This document shows positions 38,357-50,400 of a DNA stretch of 64,000 bases, piece after piece. Source of the stretch: Candidatus Woykebacteria bacterium (GTDB lineage: Bacteria > Patescibacteriota > Microgenomatia > Woykebacterales > RBG-16-39-9b); NCBI GenBank assembly GCA_040876345.1, contig JBBDPM010000006.1, forward strand, positions 182,431-246,430, given 5' to 3'. The position numbers and the translations under genes were made by a program. Each line of letters begins with the position of its first letter. Positions within the stretch are counted from its first letter, which is position 1. The notes under the pieces are model-generated. The model ran no database searches, was not told the origin of the DNA, and saw nothing but the letters and a program-made list of their open reading frames with translations.

Positions 38357-41300
38357 TTAACTCCCCCAATTAGATAGCAGTATTGAGAGATCAAAGATAT
38401 CTACTCTACCACGTCCATCTAGGTTAGAGGCTTGATCAGTAGTTCCCCATTTGGAAAGAAGGAAGGAAAGGTCAAAGATGTTTACCTTCCCGTCACCATC
38501 TAGATCCCCTATCTTACCCTTTCTTACTCCAGTATTCGAGGTAGTCACTGTTAGGATAGACGATACACCTTGGTTAGTAGCAGCATCATAGGCTTTGGCC
38601 TGGAGGGTGTGTTTGGCATTGGTGTACTTGGTTGTGTCCCAAGAGTAGGTGTAGGAAGAGGTTGTGTCAGAGCCTACTGGTTTACCATCAATGAAAAACT
38701 CTACCTTGGCAACCCCGACGTTGTCAGAAGCAGCAGCTGATACGATCACTGTCTTAGAGACTGTTGCTCCAGAAGCTGGTGAGGTGATCGAAACAGTTGG
38801 TTTAGCGCTGTCTCCGGAAGGCGGAGGGGATACATTACTCACCGTCACAGTAACTGAGGCTGTTGCATTCATTCCAGCAGCATCTGAAGCTTTAGCTTTA
38901 AGGGTGTGGGAGCCATTAGTTAGTTTAGTGGTATCAATGCTACAGGTATATGTAGAAGTAGTGTCTGTACAGGTAGCGGTACTGGCATTGTCGATGAAGA
39001 ACTCTACCTTGGTAACACCCACATTGTCAGAAGTAGTTGCCGCCACGTTGACTGTGCTAGATACTGTGGCCCCATTGGCTGGGGAGGTGATTGAGACAGT
39101 TGGGTTAGTGGTGTCTCCAGGTGGTGGTGTGGTGCCACCTGAGGAGACAGTTAGTACTAGATTGTCAAAGTTAGTATCCCAACCATTGGAGCTCATGACC
39201 GTCACATTCGTACAGGGGGTGATCCAACCAGTCTCAATAATTGATATTGTCTTGGAAGGTACACTTACTTGTTTATCTGGATTACCAGAACACTTCAAAG
39301 TGACTGTGCTGGAAGAGCCTCCACCGTTATCAGCATCAATTGAGTCAAAAATAGCTGTTTTTAGTATTGTAAAGGAGGCTTGGGTAAGACTTGCTCCATT
39401 AAAAGAGATACTGTTGCTATTAAACTTATCAAAAGGACCCGAGAGTACCCAATTCCCTGTTCCCCAGTCGATGAGACCAGAGGGGTGCTGACCAGAAAGT
39501 GGAGGGTTTCCGGAAGAAACGGTAATGGTATTGAAATCTACGATCACTTTCTGGGGAGGGTTGTCTACTTCAACTTTTACGGCGCTACTTGTGGAGGAGT
39601 TCCCAGACCCATCCGTAGCCTTGGCCGTAAGGGTGTGATCCCCGTTAGTAACACTGGTGGAATCCCAACTTATGGTAAAGATACCGTTAGTTTGCGTGTC
39701 TGTCTCTTTGATAGGGCTACCATCTACCAAAAGCTCTACCTTGGAGACTACCGAGTCATCAGTAGCCGATACACTAACATCCACCTGTCCCCTAGCAAGA
39801 CCGTTATCTAGAGGTGAGATAATACTAACACTTGGCGGACCTAAATCTCCGGCCATTCCTGTCGGTATGAAGCCCGTGTCGTTGGTGACTAGGACTTTAT
39901 CTATCTTTGCACCAGCTTCTCTACCGATGATGTTAAGGGTGTGAGTACCCTCTGTGAGGTTTAGGGATATCTTGCTGCTAGTGTTCCCATCTTTATGATC
40001 TACCCATTGGTAGGAGCCAAAGGTAACTCCACCATTACCTACTATAATGCCAGGTTTAGTATCAACTCGTAGCCAAAAGGAGTCGCTACTTGCATTAGCG
40101 GCTAACATCCTTGTCCAAATATTGTAACTACCCGCCTCTGGAACTGAGAACTGTATTGTTGAAGAGCCAGTGTTAGTTGGCAGGGGTGGGTTAGAATTGC
40201 TGGTGCTGATCGTTATGTTAGCCGAGTTTTTGTTACCTAGCTTATCAAATGCTTGGGCCATTAAGGTGTGACTGCCATCAAAAAGCTCAGCTGTGTCTAA
40301 AGTAAATTTGTATGGAGAAGCAGCTGGAAAGGAGTGGATAATCCCATCCACGTAAAATTCTACGAGGGCAATACCAGAAGCGTCCGATGCTGAAGCTTCA
40401 ACATTTATTGTATCAGAAACCGTCGCTCCATTGGCAGGGCTGATGAAATTGACTGTTGGTGGTATAGTCTCGGGTGGGTCTTTTTCGTCAATATCGCTGG
40501 CGCTAGTACAGCCAGGGTCGGCAGGGAAATCTATCTTGCCATCAGAGTCATTATCGATAGTGTCTGAACAGGCAGGACCAAGGGGTGTAGCTGTGCTCCA
40601 GATATGGACATCAAAGAAGGTAGGCCAGATATTGCGGAATCTCACCTCCTTTACACCTTCCGGAATTGGCACCATGACCGTACCCAAATATGTTTTTGTA
40701 GCCTGCTGAAGAGTTGGGGTATGCCAGGTATTAAACCCCTCAACATCAAGAGCATATTGCGGTATCTTATCAACTTTGGCAAAACGGAGATACGAGTTTG
40801 GTGGCGAAGGTCTTTCAAAATTTACTGTGGCGCTTAGGCTTGGATCCTTAAAGATTGAATTGGCGCGGCACGTATTATCCCTTTGTTCTAAACAGCTGTG
40901 AATCACCGTAAAAGGAATCGCCGGGGAAAGACTTACGTCATCAATGTGCCAGGTATTCTCATGCATGGGCTCACACGGATCGTCTATACAAGAGCCTTTA
41001 CCACTATTGTAAGCAAGCTGCATAAATTGCACGGTTGCGTTGGTCCAGGAAAGCGCTGGAATATCATCATTGAAAAAACAGTGGTTGTATTCCGGCATAC
41101 AAAGTGAGAGATGAGTGCGGCTCATTTTCATCACAAACAAATCCCTGCGTGTGGCTGAAGGCGTGAGGAATGAATTCCATCCACTAGTGCGATTGTGCAA
41201 GACATTAACGCCTCCATTGAAAACCTTTAAATTCCAAAGACCATTTCCCAGCATTTCTATTCCAAGAGATTCTGAAGGAGGTCCTTGGTCATCAAAAAAG

Positions 41301-42049
41301 GGGTACATAAGAGTGCGGTCAAAGTCACGATGACCACTCTGGTAACCAGGGGTGAGTACTACTGCTGGCCATTCCCTATCACTGCCTCGCTCAGTGCTCA
41401 TGCGCCAGCTAAAAGTTGCTTCTCCTTGGGACCAATCAAGTAAGGCCGCTGGAGTCATAACCACAACTGGGAAGTTTTCAAACCCACCAGCAGACGTCAT
41501 AATATGGTTTCGGCAGTTAAACATCATATTTTCCCGCATATCAACCATATGGGTAGCCGGCGGCGGTCCACAATCAGAGCCGTGTTGCGCCATGATATGT
41601 CCTTCGGTCCCAAAATTATCACTATTAACATCCATTGACCAGTTTTGGCGACGGTACATTGATTCTGGCGCTGCCGGTGTTCCATCGAAGGTGTCTAGAA
41701 AGGAGTTGCCACTTGTAGCCTGGAGGACTTTGGTAGGAGATTCTCCTTGGGCTGTATTAGTAATTGTGGAAGAAACATATTTCCCTCCCGAAGCATTGGT
41801 GTCATTGCCCGCTGTCATTGGGGCTGTAAGTTGGCCGTTCTCCCCTTCTAACCAGATCTTGGAGATTACTGCTGCTCTTCCGCCAAGGTTTACTCCCTTG
41901 AAAGCAAGTAATACTGTAGCCGGAATTGCTACGAGAATTAATACGGTGGCTAGAACAACTAAGTAGTCTCTGCCTTTATATGGGGGATTAATAGATTTAC
42001 GGTAGTGTTTGAACAGATCAGTGGCTCTCATAGGTAGAGAAAACTTCAT
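38357..42049 (-). CDS. Giant surface protein (1230 aa): N-terminal anchor, unknown 500-aa domain, multiple Ig-like domains, C-terminal double dockerin repeat
   Basis: N-term MRATDLFKHYRKSINPPYKGRD plus TM; repeated Ig-like modules (TVSITSPANGATVS...VGVTKVEFFIDG...YSWDTT); C-term DLDGDGKVNIFDLSFLLSKWG...DGRGRVDIFDLSILLSNWG. Confidence 0.75.
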   Translation of the reverse strand: MKFSLPMRATDLFKHYRKSINPPYKGRDYLVVLATVLILVAIPATVLLAFKGVNLGGRAAVISKIWLEGENGQLTAPMTAGNDTNASGGKYVSSTITNTAQGESPTKVLQATSGNSFLDTFDGTPAAPESMYRRQNWSMDVNSDNFGTEGHIMAQHGSDCGPPPATHMVDMRENMMFNCRNHIMTSAGGFENFPVVVMTPAALLDWSQGEATFSWRMSTERGSDREWPAVVLTPGYQSGHRDFDRTLMYPFFDDQGPPSESLGIEMLGNGLWNLKVFNGGVNVLHNRTSGWNSFLTPSATRRDLFVMKMSRTHLSLCMPEYNHCFFNDDIPALSWTNATVQFMQLAYNSGKGSCIDDPCEPMHENTWHIDDVSLSPAIPFTVIHSCLEQRDNTCRANSIFKDPSLSATVNFERPSPPNSYLRFAKVDKIPQYALDVEGFNTWHTPTLQQATKTYLGTVMVPIPEGVKEVRFRNIWPTFFDVHIWSTATPLGPACSDTIDNDSDGKIDFPADPGCTSASDIDEKDPPETIPPTVNFISPANGATVSDTINVEASASDASGIALVEFYVDGIIHSFPAASPYKFTLDTAELFDGSHTLMAQAFDKLGNKNSANITISTSNSNPPLPTNTGSSTIQFSVPEAGSYNIWTRMLAANASSDSFWLRVDTKPGIIVGNGGVTFGSYQWVDHKDGNTSSKISLNLTEGTHTLNIIGREAGAKIDKVLVTNDTGFIPTGMAGDLGPPSVSIISPLDNGLARGQVDVSVSATDDSVVSKVELLVDGSPIKETDTQTNGIFTISWDSTSVTNGDHTLTAKATDGSGNSSTSSAVKVEVDNPPQKVIVDFNTITVSSGNPPLSGQHPSGLIDWGTGNWVLSGPFDKFNSNSISFNGASLTQASFTILKTAIFDSIDADNGGGSSSTVTLKCSGNPDKQVSVPSKTISIIETGWITPCTNVTVMSSNGWDTNFDNLVLTVSSGGTTPPPGDTTNPTVSITSPANGATVSSTVNVAATTSDNVGVTKVEFFIDNASTATCTDTTSTYTCSIDTTKLTNGSHTLKAKASDAAGMNATASVTVTVSNVSPPPSGDSAKPTVSITSPASGATVSKTVIVSAAASDNVGVAKVEFFIDGKPVGSDTTSSYTYSWDTTKYTNAKHTLQAKAYDAATNQGVSSILTVTTSNTGVRKGKIGDLDGDGKVNIFDLSFLLSKWGTTDQASNLDGRGRVDIFDLSILLSNWGS

Positions 42050-42133
42050 TGGTAACCAAAATTTATAATATTAGTAATTTGATTATCCTGTCTCCCAACA
42101 AACAAGTCAATAGTACTAAAGTACTAAATCGTG

Positions 42134-45100
42134 TTACTTACCCCATCTGGAAAGCAGAATCGATAAATCAAATATATTAACCTTTCCTTTATCATCTAGA
42201 TTGGAGTTTGGATCGCTTGTATTCCAGTCGGCAAGTAATATTGAAAGATCAAAAATATTAATCTTTGTATCTCCATTAAGATCCGCATATTTAAGTGTTC
42301 GCACAGCAACTCCTGAAGATCTGGCTGATTCATTACCGGCAGCATCATAAGCAGATACCTGATAAGTGTAAGCTGTGTAAGATTTCAGGCCGATATCAGT
42401 GTAGGAAGTACTGCTAACAGACTGTATTCTCACGTTGTTACGATAAATGTGATAGCCTTTGACTCCAACATTATCGGTTGAGGCTTTCCAAGCAATTTTA
42501 GTCTCGGAATCCGAAATAGCCTGCCCAGTAGAAACAGTTGGTACTGATGGTTTCTGGATATCTCCCACTGGTTGGTTTGAAACATTGACACTAATTTGAG
42601 CACTTCCCTCATTTGGCTTGGCATCAAAGGCCTTCACTAAAATTGTGTGGGAACCATTACCTATTATAGTTGTATCCCAACTATAAACATATGGGGAGGC
42701 GGTATCGGTAAATTTCCGAGCTCCGTCAATATTAAACTCAACTGATGAAACAGTACCTGAGTCATCAGTAGCTGTGGCTTGGATATTGACTCTATCAATA
42801 ACCGTCTGACCATTTAATGGGTTCGTTATAGTAACAACTGGCGCCGTTGTATCCTGCGGAGGTATTATTTCTTGGTAAGTTGCGGTGTAGGTAGTATTTG
42901 AAGCTAGCGTATCAATATTATGAGTAGCGGCTCCTGCGTCTGACCAACTTACAAATTGGTAGTTTTTACCTGCCAAAGTTTGGTTAGAGGCGGCGCCTAA
43001 GATACGGGTAAAGCCAACCACACTATCTGTAGAGTAAGGAGCTGTTCTTGGTTGTCCGTCTAAGGTAACCTGCAAACCGGCTGGCGAAGAATTAATTGTA
43101 ATAGTTGATTTTCGGGGAATAACGTCAACGAAGGTTGTATTTTGTAAGCCTTTAGAATCGGTTACCTTCAAGTGAACTCTGTACCACACATTAGCCGATG
43201 ACTCCCCTACCTTTGGTATTGTAAGGGAGCCTGTTTTAGTGCCGTCATTAAGGGGTGGGTCCAGAAATGGATGGGTGTGGGTGTCGTGATGAAAAACAAT
43301 TGTCCAACTGAAGGCACTAGCTGCCAGTGTCCCATCCTCCGGATCAGTACCGCTACCTGAAAAGTTGATCATTCCCCCCGCTGAATATAAAGTTTGGTCA
43401 GCTGGAGCGGTAATTGTTGCCGTTGGCGGAAGATTAGGAGTCCCGGTACCAGCGTCAAAAACAAAATTATCAAAATTAGTATCCCAACCATTGCTACTTC
43501 CAATTGTTACGGTGGTACAATTATTGTTCCAGCCAGTTTGAATTGTAGTTAATAAATTGGCGGACACGTTGCGGGTGATGGTGGTATTACCAGCGCAGCT
43601 TATTGTAATTGTGCTGTTACTTACCCCAGAAATATCAACGCTGAGAAGTCTCTTTGGGCTCACAAATGTAAAAGTAGCCGAAGTTGGCCCAGCCCCGTTG
43701 AAAGCTATACTGTTATCGGGGAAGGAAGCAAAAGCTGCCCCAACCAACCACTTATTACTTCCCCAATCAGCTATACCAGTTGGGTATTGGCCATTAAGAA
43801 TCCCGGTTGGTCGATCGTTGAAACTAATTATCCCCGCATTACCGACATTTATGCTGATCGGGCTTGAATTATTTGATACATTATTGCTATTAGTAACCGT
43901 CAGAATGGCTTGAAAAATTCCGTTTGAATTGTAAGTATGATTAGCTAAAAGGCCTGTCCCTACAGCCCCATCCCCAAAATCCCATGAATAAGTAAGGGCT
44001 AGACCATTAGGATCGGTGCTGCCTAATCCGGAAAAGCTCACCGTCAACGGAGCATTTCCCGAAGTTAGATTAGCGTTAGCTACCGCCGTTGGGGCCCCTT
44101 TTTGAATTTTGTAGACTGTTCCATCGGATATATCCAAATAATACAAAGACCCGTCTGGACCAATTTTTAGATCCACTGGATTGGAAGCGCCGGTTGCAAA
44201 ACTAGTGACCTGATTATTGGATGGCTCAAGCTTCCTGATAAAATTCTGGATGTAGTCAGCAAAGAAATAATCGCCGTCAAAATCGGCTGGAAACTGAGTC
44301 CCACGGTAAAAGGTACCCCCTGTTATCGCCGAAGACCCGCTGTGAGGGTAGGAGTAGATTGGATAAGTGAAGGCTGAATTATTGCAACTCCCTACGCCTG
44401 AGCCTTGCGGACCTTCACAGTTTGGCCAACCGTAATTTTTACCCTTTTGGATGTCATTTACCTCTTCCCAAGCCCCTGCTCCAACATCATTCAAGAATAT
44501 TTTGCCAGTGGCTGGGTCTACAGCAAAAGTAAATGGGTTACGAAGCCCATAAGCCCATATTTCACCTCGCTGACCGGATTGACCAACAAAAGGATTATCC
44601 GAAGGAATAGTCCCATCTTTATTTATCCTTAGAATTTTACCAGATAGATTGCTAAGGTCTTGGGAATTTGTGGCAACTGATCCTCCATCGCCCGCGGTTA
44701 TGTAAAGTTTCCCATCAGTACCAAAGTGAACCGCTCCAGCATTGTGATTTCCAGCATCCGAAGCGATATTATCAACCAATACTGTCTCGCTTCCAGCCTC
44801 GACAATGTCTGGGTTTGTAGCACTTGCTCGAAAACGACTGACCCTATTTTTCACCGGGCTAGAGCGTGTGTAATATACATATATATAGCGATTGTTTTGA
44901 AAATCAGGGTCAAAAGCTATACCAAGCAGTCCCCTTTCGGAAACTGTATTAACCGAGACTGTCAAAAACGGGGTTGAGAGTAAGTTACCATTTTTAATAA
45001 CCCGCAAGCTTCCCCCTTTTTCAGAAACAAAAAGCCTGCCATCTGGTGCAAACTCCATGGCAGTCGGGATTGACAAACCAGATACTAGAGGAGTTTCAGC

Positions 45101-45286
45101 ATAACCGGAAGGAACTGTGGTCGCTGCTTGAGGAGATTTTATTGGGTCCTCGCTTTTTAAAGCAAGTCGGACTGTTAAAGGTATCGCGACAATAAGTAAA
45201 ATAAGTGCAAGCAAGGATACAACGTGCGAGGGTTTCTTGTGATTGAATTTTTTTATCACGGCAGGCATATTATCCAAATTTACCAA
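42134..45286 (-). CDS. PQQ-dependent sugar (glucose/sorbosone) dehydrogenase-family beta-propeller protein with PKD, Ig-like, FN3 domains and C-terminal dockerin
   Basis: GSDH-family motifs GLLGIAFDPDF, HNAGAVHFGTDGKLYIT, GLRNPF, NYGWP; PKD WDFGDG; FN3; C-term DLNGDTKINIFDLSILLADW...KGKVNIFDLSILLSRWG. Confidence 0.75.
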   Translation of the reverse strand: MVNLDNMPAVIKKFNHKKPSHVVSLLALILLIVAIPLTVRLALKSEDPIKSPQAATTVPSGYAETPLVSGLSIPTAMEFAPDGRLFVSEKGGSLRVIKNGNLLSTPFLTVSVNTVSERGLLGIAFDPDFQNNRYIYVYYTRSSPVKNRVSRFRASATNPDIVEAGSETVLVDNIASDAGNHNAGAVHFGTDGKLYITAGDGGSVATNSQDLSNLSGKILRINKDGTIPSDNPFVGQSGQRGEIWAYGLRNPFTFAVDPATGKIFLNDVGAGAWEEVNDIQKGKNYGWPNCEGPQGSGVGSCNNSAFTYPIYSYPHSGSSAITGGTFYRGTQFPADFDGDYFFADYIQNFIRKLEPSNNQVTSFATGASNPVDLKIGPDGSLYYLDISDGTVYKIQKGAPTAVANANLTSGNAPLTVSFSGLGSTDPNGLALTYSWDFGDGAVGTGLLANHTYNSNGIFQAILTVTNSNNVSNNSSPISINVGNAGIISFNDRPTGILNGQYPTGIADWGSNKWLVGAAFASFPDNSIAFNGAGPTSATFTFVSPKRLLSVDISGVSNSTITISCAGNTTITRNVSANLLTTIQTGWNNNCTTVTIGSSNGWDTNFDNFVFDAGTGTPNLPPTATITAPADQTLYSAGGMINFSGSGTDPEDGTLAASAFSWTIVFHHDTHTHPFLDPPLNDGTKTGSLTIPKVGESSANVWYRVHLKVTDSKGLQNTTFVDVIPRKSTITINSSPAGLQVTLDGQPRTAPYSTDSVVGFTRILGAASNQTLAGKNYQFVSWSDAGAATHNIDTLASNTTYTATYQEIIPPQDTTAPVVTITNPLNGQTVIDRVNIQATATDDSGTVSSVEFNIDGARKFTDTASPYVYSWDTTIIGNGSHTILVKAFDAKPNEGSAQISVNVSNQPVGDIQKPSVPTVSTGQAISDSETKIAWKASTDNVGVKGYHIYRNNVRIQSVSSTSYTDIGLKSYTAYTYQVSAYDAAGNESARSSGVAVRTLKYADLNGDTKINIFDLSILLADWNTSDPNSNLDDKGKVNIFDLSILLSRWGK

Positions 45287-45316
45287 CCTTGGCCATTCCT
45301 AAAAATTTAGACAAAA

Positions 45317-47410
45317 CTAACCCCAATTAGATAAAAGTATAGATAAATCAAATATATCAACTTTTTCTTCATCATTCAAGTTGGAGGCGGAATCTGTTGT
45401 TGCCCATTTTGAGAGTAAAATAGACAGATCAAAGATATTTACTTTTCCATCAATATTAATATCTCCTTTCCTTCCGACTCTTACAGCCACGCTATCCGAA
45501 TCTGATCCACCGGATCCAGAGCAAGTTAACGAAAAAGTTTTGTTGGATTTAATCCTACTGATTACAGCTGAACCATTAGCAGCCTTGCTGCCTGACCAAC
45601 CACCAGAAGCAGCGCAAGATGAGGCACCAGATGAGGACCAAGATAAAGTAGCTGAAGTGTTGTAAATTATAGTAACTGGGCCGTTTGAACCGTTTGCTTT
45701 TATGTCAACTGAGGGTGGTGTTGGTGTCCCAACATCATTGGAAACAAAAACAGTTATGATGGTTGACTCTCCGATGTTAGGGACTGCGTCGTGAGCTTTC
45801 GCTTGCAAGGTGTGGGAACCGTTGCTAACACTTTTTGTATCCCAACTAAAAGAATAAGGATCGAGCGAAGTATCCGTTGATTTTAAAGCTCCATCGACAT
45901 AAAACTCCACTTTCGTGACGCCGATGTTATCGGATGCTGTAGCTATTACGGAAACAGTATTTGATACCGTTTGGTTTTGTGGGGGTGATTGTATAGAAAC
46001 CGACGGCTTTTCTGTGTCTGGTATAGGGTTGTTTACATTAACAGAAACTGTTTGGGAAGCTTGGTTGTTAGCTGCGTCATACGCTTTCGTAGCTACTGTG
46101 TGGTTACCATTAGTTACACTTCGACTATCCCAACTGCATGTATACGGAGCGGTCGTGTCTGTGCAGAGAGCTGCTCCGCTGTTATCTAAATAAAACTCCA
46201 CTCTTGTCACCCCAACGTTGTCGGTTGCGGTAGTGGAAATATTCACTGTACCCGAAACAGTTGTCCCATTTGTTGGAGAGGTTATTGTTAGCTGAGGTAG
46301 TTCTGCATCGCCAGGCGGTGCAGCAGTTCTAGGACCAATATCGCTTTTCCCTTGGGCGAAAGTTTTTGCGGCTGCAAGATCAATTTGCAACCGATCGCCA
46401 GTGTGATCGTAAAAGAGCGACCAGGCAAATCCCCCAGCATAACCTTTATTGTACCAATCTGTGAAACGCTGCAAGGGGTTTGCATCAGATCCTGCATAAA
46501 ACTCCCCAATCACCAGTGGTGCATCAAGATTATATCTTGCCTTAACCGTATTATAATCTGTACAACGCGCGCACCAATTACCACTACTCATATAATCGTA
46601 CCAGTGGGCTGTGTAGTAATCCAACCCTTGCCCAACCCAAAAGGGCAATCCGTCCAAATGGGCAGAGCCAACCGAAACGTAGGCGTTCGAATTTGCGTGG
46701 ACCGAAGCGGCCACTTCTCGAACTAATGCCTGAGTTCCGGCTCTGTCAACTGTATTGTTCCACATATCCCACTCTGGTTCATTAAATATCTGCCAGGTAA
46801 GTACCCTAGGGTTGTTTCGATAACGACTAAACAACTGACCCAAGACGCTCGCAAGTTGAGCGCGTTGAGTAGAATTGTTTATCCAAGAACTTGGGATGTG
46901 GCTGGGTGCAGAAAAAAGAGTAAAAACATAGTACATATCGTGCTTTTCGGCTAGCTCTAGAGCAGAATCAAAATCCTGATAAATTGCGCTGTTTAATCCG
47001 GTTGGGGCACCAGAAGCATCTTTAGTAATCTGCCAAGGGTCTCCTGGAAACACCCACCAACGGGCAACGTGCATACCGGAGTCTTTTGCCTGTACGAACC
47101 GGCTGTCAATGTCGTTATTCACGCTGGTACTACTCACGCCACTTCCTGTACCACATCCAAAATCACAACCCCAGTTGTACCAAGGCATATTAAATCCGTG
47201 TAAATACCAGTCTCCACCCTGCCAGGGAACACGAGTCCCAGGAGGAACTGCCGCTTTGCTCTTTAACCTCAATCCTTGACCAACCAAAACGACCGTTAAT
47301 GGTATTGAGAACAAAACAAAAATTGTAACCAAAATTATTAGGGTGTCTCTTCGATTGTACGGAGGATTAATGGACTTGCGGTATTGTTTGAATAAATCAG
47401 TAGCTCTCAT
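45317..47410 (-). CDS. Glycoside hydrolase family 5-like enzyme with two Ig-like domains and C-terminal dockerin
   Basis: N-term anchor MRATDLFKQYRKSINPPYNRRD; GH5 acid/base motif LTWQIFNEPE and nucleophile region VIGEFY; C-term GDINIDGKVNIFDLSILLSKW...EKVDIFDLSILLSNWG. Confidence 0.7.
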   Translation of the reverse strand: MRATDLFKQYRKSINPPYNRRDTLIILVTIFVLFSIPLTVVLVGQGLRLKSKAAVPPGTRVPWQGGDWYLHGFNMPWYNWGCDFGCGTGSGVSSTSVNNDIDSRFVQAKDSGMHVARWWVFPGDPWQITKDASGAPTGLNSAIYQDFDSALELAEKHDMYYVFTLFSAPSHIPSSWINNSTQRAQLASVLGQLFSRYRNNPRVLTWQIFNEPEWDMWNNTVDRAGTQALVREVAASVHANSNAYVSVGSAHLDGLPFWVGQGLDYYTAHWYDYMSSGNWCARCTDYNTVKARYNLDAPLVIGEFYAGSDANPLQRFTDWYNKGYAGGFAWSLFYDHTGDRLQIDLAAAKTFAQGKSDIGPRTAAPPGDAELPQLTITSPTNGTTVSGTVNISTTATDNVGVTRVEFYLDNSGAALCTDTTAPYTCSWDSRSVTNGNHTVATKAYDAANNQASQTVSVNVNNPIPDTEKPSVSIQSPPQNQTVSNTVSVIATASDNIGVTKVEFYVDGALKSTDTSLDPYSFSWDTKSVSNGSHTLQAKAHDAVPNIGESTIITVFVSNDVGTPTPPSVDIKANGSNGPVTIIYNTSATLSWSSSGASSCAASGGWSGSKAANGSAVISRIKSNKTFSLTCSGSGGSDSDSVAVRVGRKGDINIDGKVNIFDLSILLSKWATTDSASNLNDEEKVDIFDLSILLSNWG

Positions 47411-47466
47411 TTGGCAGGATGTAACTAAATTATGACTTTAGTGATTAGCTTGTGTCAACGAATAGT

Positions 47467-50400
47467 TTACTTGGTATTGATAACAAGCTTAGGAGAAAAG
47501 CTAGATCCTGACTCTTTAGATGAATAAACAACCCCATCGGAGCTAGTCGAAGCTATAGCTAAACTCAATACCCCATCCCCCTTAACTACATTGGTTAGAT
47601 TTATCGAATAGGTCTTGGCGCACGATACCTTGCCTAAGGAAGCTACTTTACTTCCTGTAGAAGGAGCTGTATTCCAGGTAATTGTTTCTTCTTCCCAATT
47701 ACCCGCTTTGTAAAAGGCACCACCTATTGGGCCGGGGTTGGTACAATAGAGTCTAAGATAGGCTGAAGTGATTGGTCTCCCCACTACCCCCAACACCTGA
47801 AATTTAAGTAAAGAGTTTCTTCTTGGAGCGTAGTCCACCACCAAGGATTTACTGGATCCATAACTAGTGTTGGGGTAGGATTTGGCTATTGTGGCATCAT
47901 CTACTGGGGTAAAGGTGAGGGTTTTTGAGTAATTAATCACAGTGGTATAAATCTGGGAGTTGTCAAAATTACCTCCTGAATCATAAGCTTTTATTAATAA
48001 ACCATAAGTTTTATTGCTGTCTAAAGTAGTATTCCAAGAATAAGAGTAAGGAGAAGCTGTGTCGATTGCCTTTAAAACCCCATCGACATAAAATTCTACT
48101 TTCGTAACCCCAGTATTATCGATAGCACTTGCAGCTACCGCAACTGTCCCAGAAACTGTTCCTCCATCGGATGGTGACGTAACAGAAACAGTCGGACTCT
48201 CTGTGTCTTGGGGTGTGATTGGCCGCTTATAGATAAGCACTCTTCCCCGATTTAAATCCGCTACATAAAGATTGTCATTTTCATCAAAAGTGGCTGAAAA
48301 CGCCATCGAGTAGAAATCCTTTAGGGATCCGTCAGGAGCGGTAGATGCGCCTAAAGGATCACGATAGATCCCTACAAACCGATGGTTTGGCGAACCAATA
48401 CTACCAGCGTGATAGGCGTTGTATCCTACTACCATTTGATTTTTCGAATCAAACGCTGGTTTCCAGGTAGCAACGTCTGGAAATATTTTCGATGCTGCAA
48501 CCGCAAAGAGAACACTTGTATTATTGGTCGGGAAAAGATCCTTGTTGAACACAAGGAGCCGGAAGTTTCCCTGTACTTCTAACGAGTGATCGGAGACAAA
48601 TAAATTACCGAGTCGGTCTAAGGCCAAAGCCCCTGGAGATCCTAGTGTTGTAGCACTTGGGCTACCACTCTGATTTGGTTGTTTGCCAGTAATGCTAGTT
48701 TGACCCAAAACCACATCCACTAAGGGGTTGGTCAGCGGATTGCGAATCCGTAACACCCGATGGTTATCGGTATCCGACACCCAAAGGAACTCACTACCAT
48801 CTGTCGCGGCAATTCCCCAGATGATTCCAAGTGATACAGTTCCACCACCCAACACTGGAAGAGTGGTAAACGTTCCACCAGGACTGCTGCCAATTACTTT
48901 CAAAGGTTGGGCTTTATTTGTCAGTGGCATCTGGTATGCAAAGATCTTTCCAAGAGCAGCATACAGACGATGATTAGCATCTGCTGTCATCACCGGGTTC
49001 CAACCATTAACCTTATCGCTGAAGCTATTAATTGAAAAACCCGGGTAGCCAATAAAACCATCGGCGTCTTTCCCATTAGTCAAGCTAATAGGATTATTCC
49101 AGTATAATATCCGTCCATCTCCACCAACAATAAGCTGATTGTCTGACGCGACTACTCCGGTAACCTGAGCACCAAGATCACTCGGGCCCATTAAATTTCC
49201 ACTATTGGAGTTGGTCCCAAAAAACTGCTTGGAAGGATATCGAATTCGTCCTGCGTCGATATCTTGCTTAAGGTAAACAGCGTAATCATAACCTGGAGCT
49301 GTCGCGATAATATTACCCGCAGTGTCAATTCCAATCGACCCCGTCGTATCTCCAAGAACATTACCGTCTCCTCTCACACCCAGCTCTAAAATTCGGCTCT
49401 GGGTATCTTCGTCCCAAAGCTCGAGAACATGAGCACCTTTGTTTGCGACCCATACCTTCCCTGGTCTTGTAGGATCGAAATCAATACCATGCGGAATTGA
49501 AAATCCAGAACCAAAAATTTCGCCATTCATGCCGTTTGTAAATGGTGCCTTAAACCTCATCACGCGACTGTTGCCCTCATCAGTAACATAGACCGAGCCG
49601 CTGCTATTTACTCTGACCACACTAGGGGTGGAGAGCCGATTCAACCCACTACCGGCACTTCGAGAGGTAAAGCCAGATTGCCCCAAAACTAAATCAGCTG
49701 TATTGGAACCAGCCGGAAATCGCAGTACCCGATGATTACCACTATCGGCTATCCAAACATTTCCAGTAGCATCAACATCAACTCCGGCTAAAAAGGCATT
49801 AACGCAGCAGGGGTCGAAACGCAGACTAGTAGAATCAGGTGATGAGGCACCTTTGTTTGGTTGGTTTCCAGTAAAATCGCTTTGCCCCCAAACGTCATCA
49901 GCTACCGTATCAGTTTCAAAGGGCCGGATATATTTTAAGACGCGGTGGTTAAAATAATCAGTGACATAAAGATTCCCAACTAAATCCACCGCCATGCTCG
50001 CTCCCATTATTGATTCCTGTATACTAATCGAAGACTCATTTAGTGAGCACAGGCTTGAAGCACTAGCTGCCGCTCTAACCGGGTGGTTCTGAAAGGCTGA
50101 ATCTCCATTACAGGCCGACGAATTCATGTTTGGCTGCCCTATAACGAGAGAGGGTGTGCAGTTAAGGGGGTTTGTGGTTGAAGCAATACACTGATCCCAG
50201 CTAAATCCCAAAATACGGCTGTTGCCGGCATCGAATACATAAAGCCTTTGGGAGCTTGAAGTCCGATCAATTATTGCACCGTGGGGGTTAAATAGTTTGT
50301 TCGGTACAACCTTATTGGGTGTAATTTCCGAAAAATCAGGCTGCCCAACAATCACATCTGGCCACTCATCCCCTACTATACCCCGAGGAGCTAGACTAGA

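Noticed and set aside
38664-39491. 275-aa plus-strand ORF and other antisense ORFs inside the giant surface-protein genes (39380..39811, 45381..45665, 46352..46726, 43557..43913 and others)
   Set aside because: Antisense to long, domain-rich minus-strand genes. Ser/Thr/Val-rich mirror-image composition typical of shadow ORFs.
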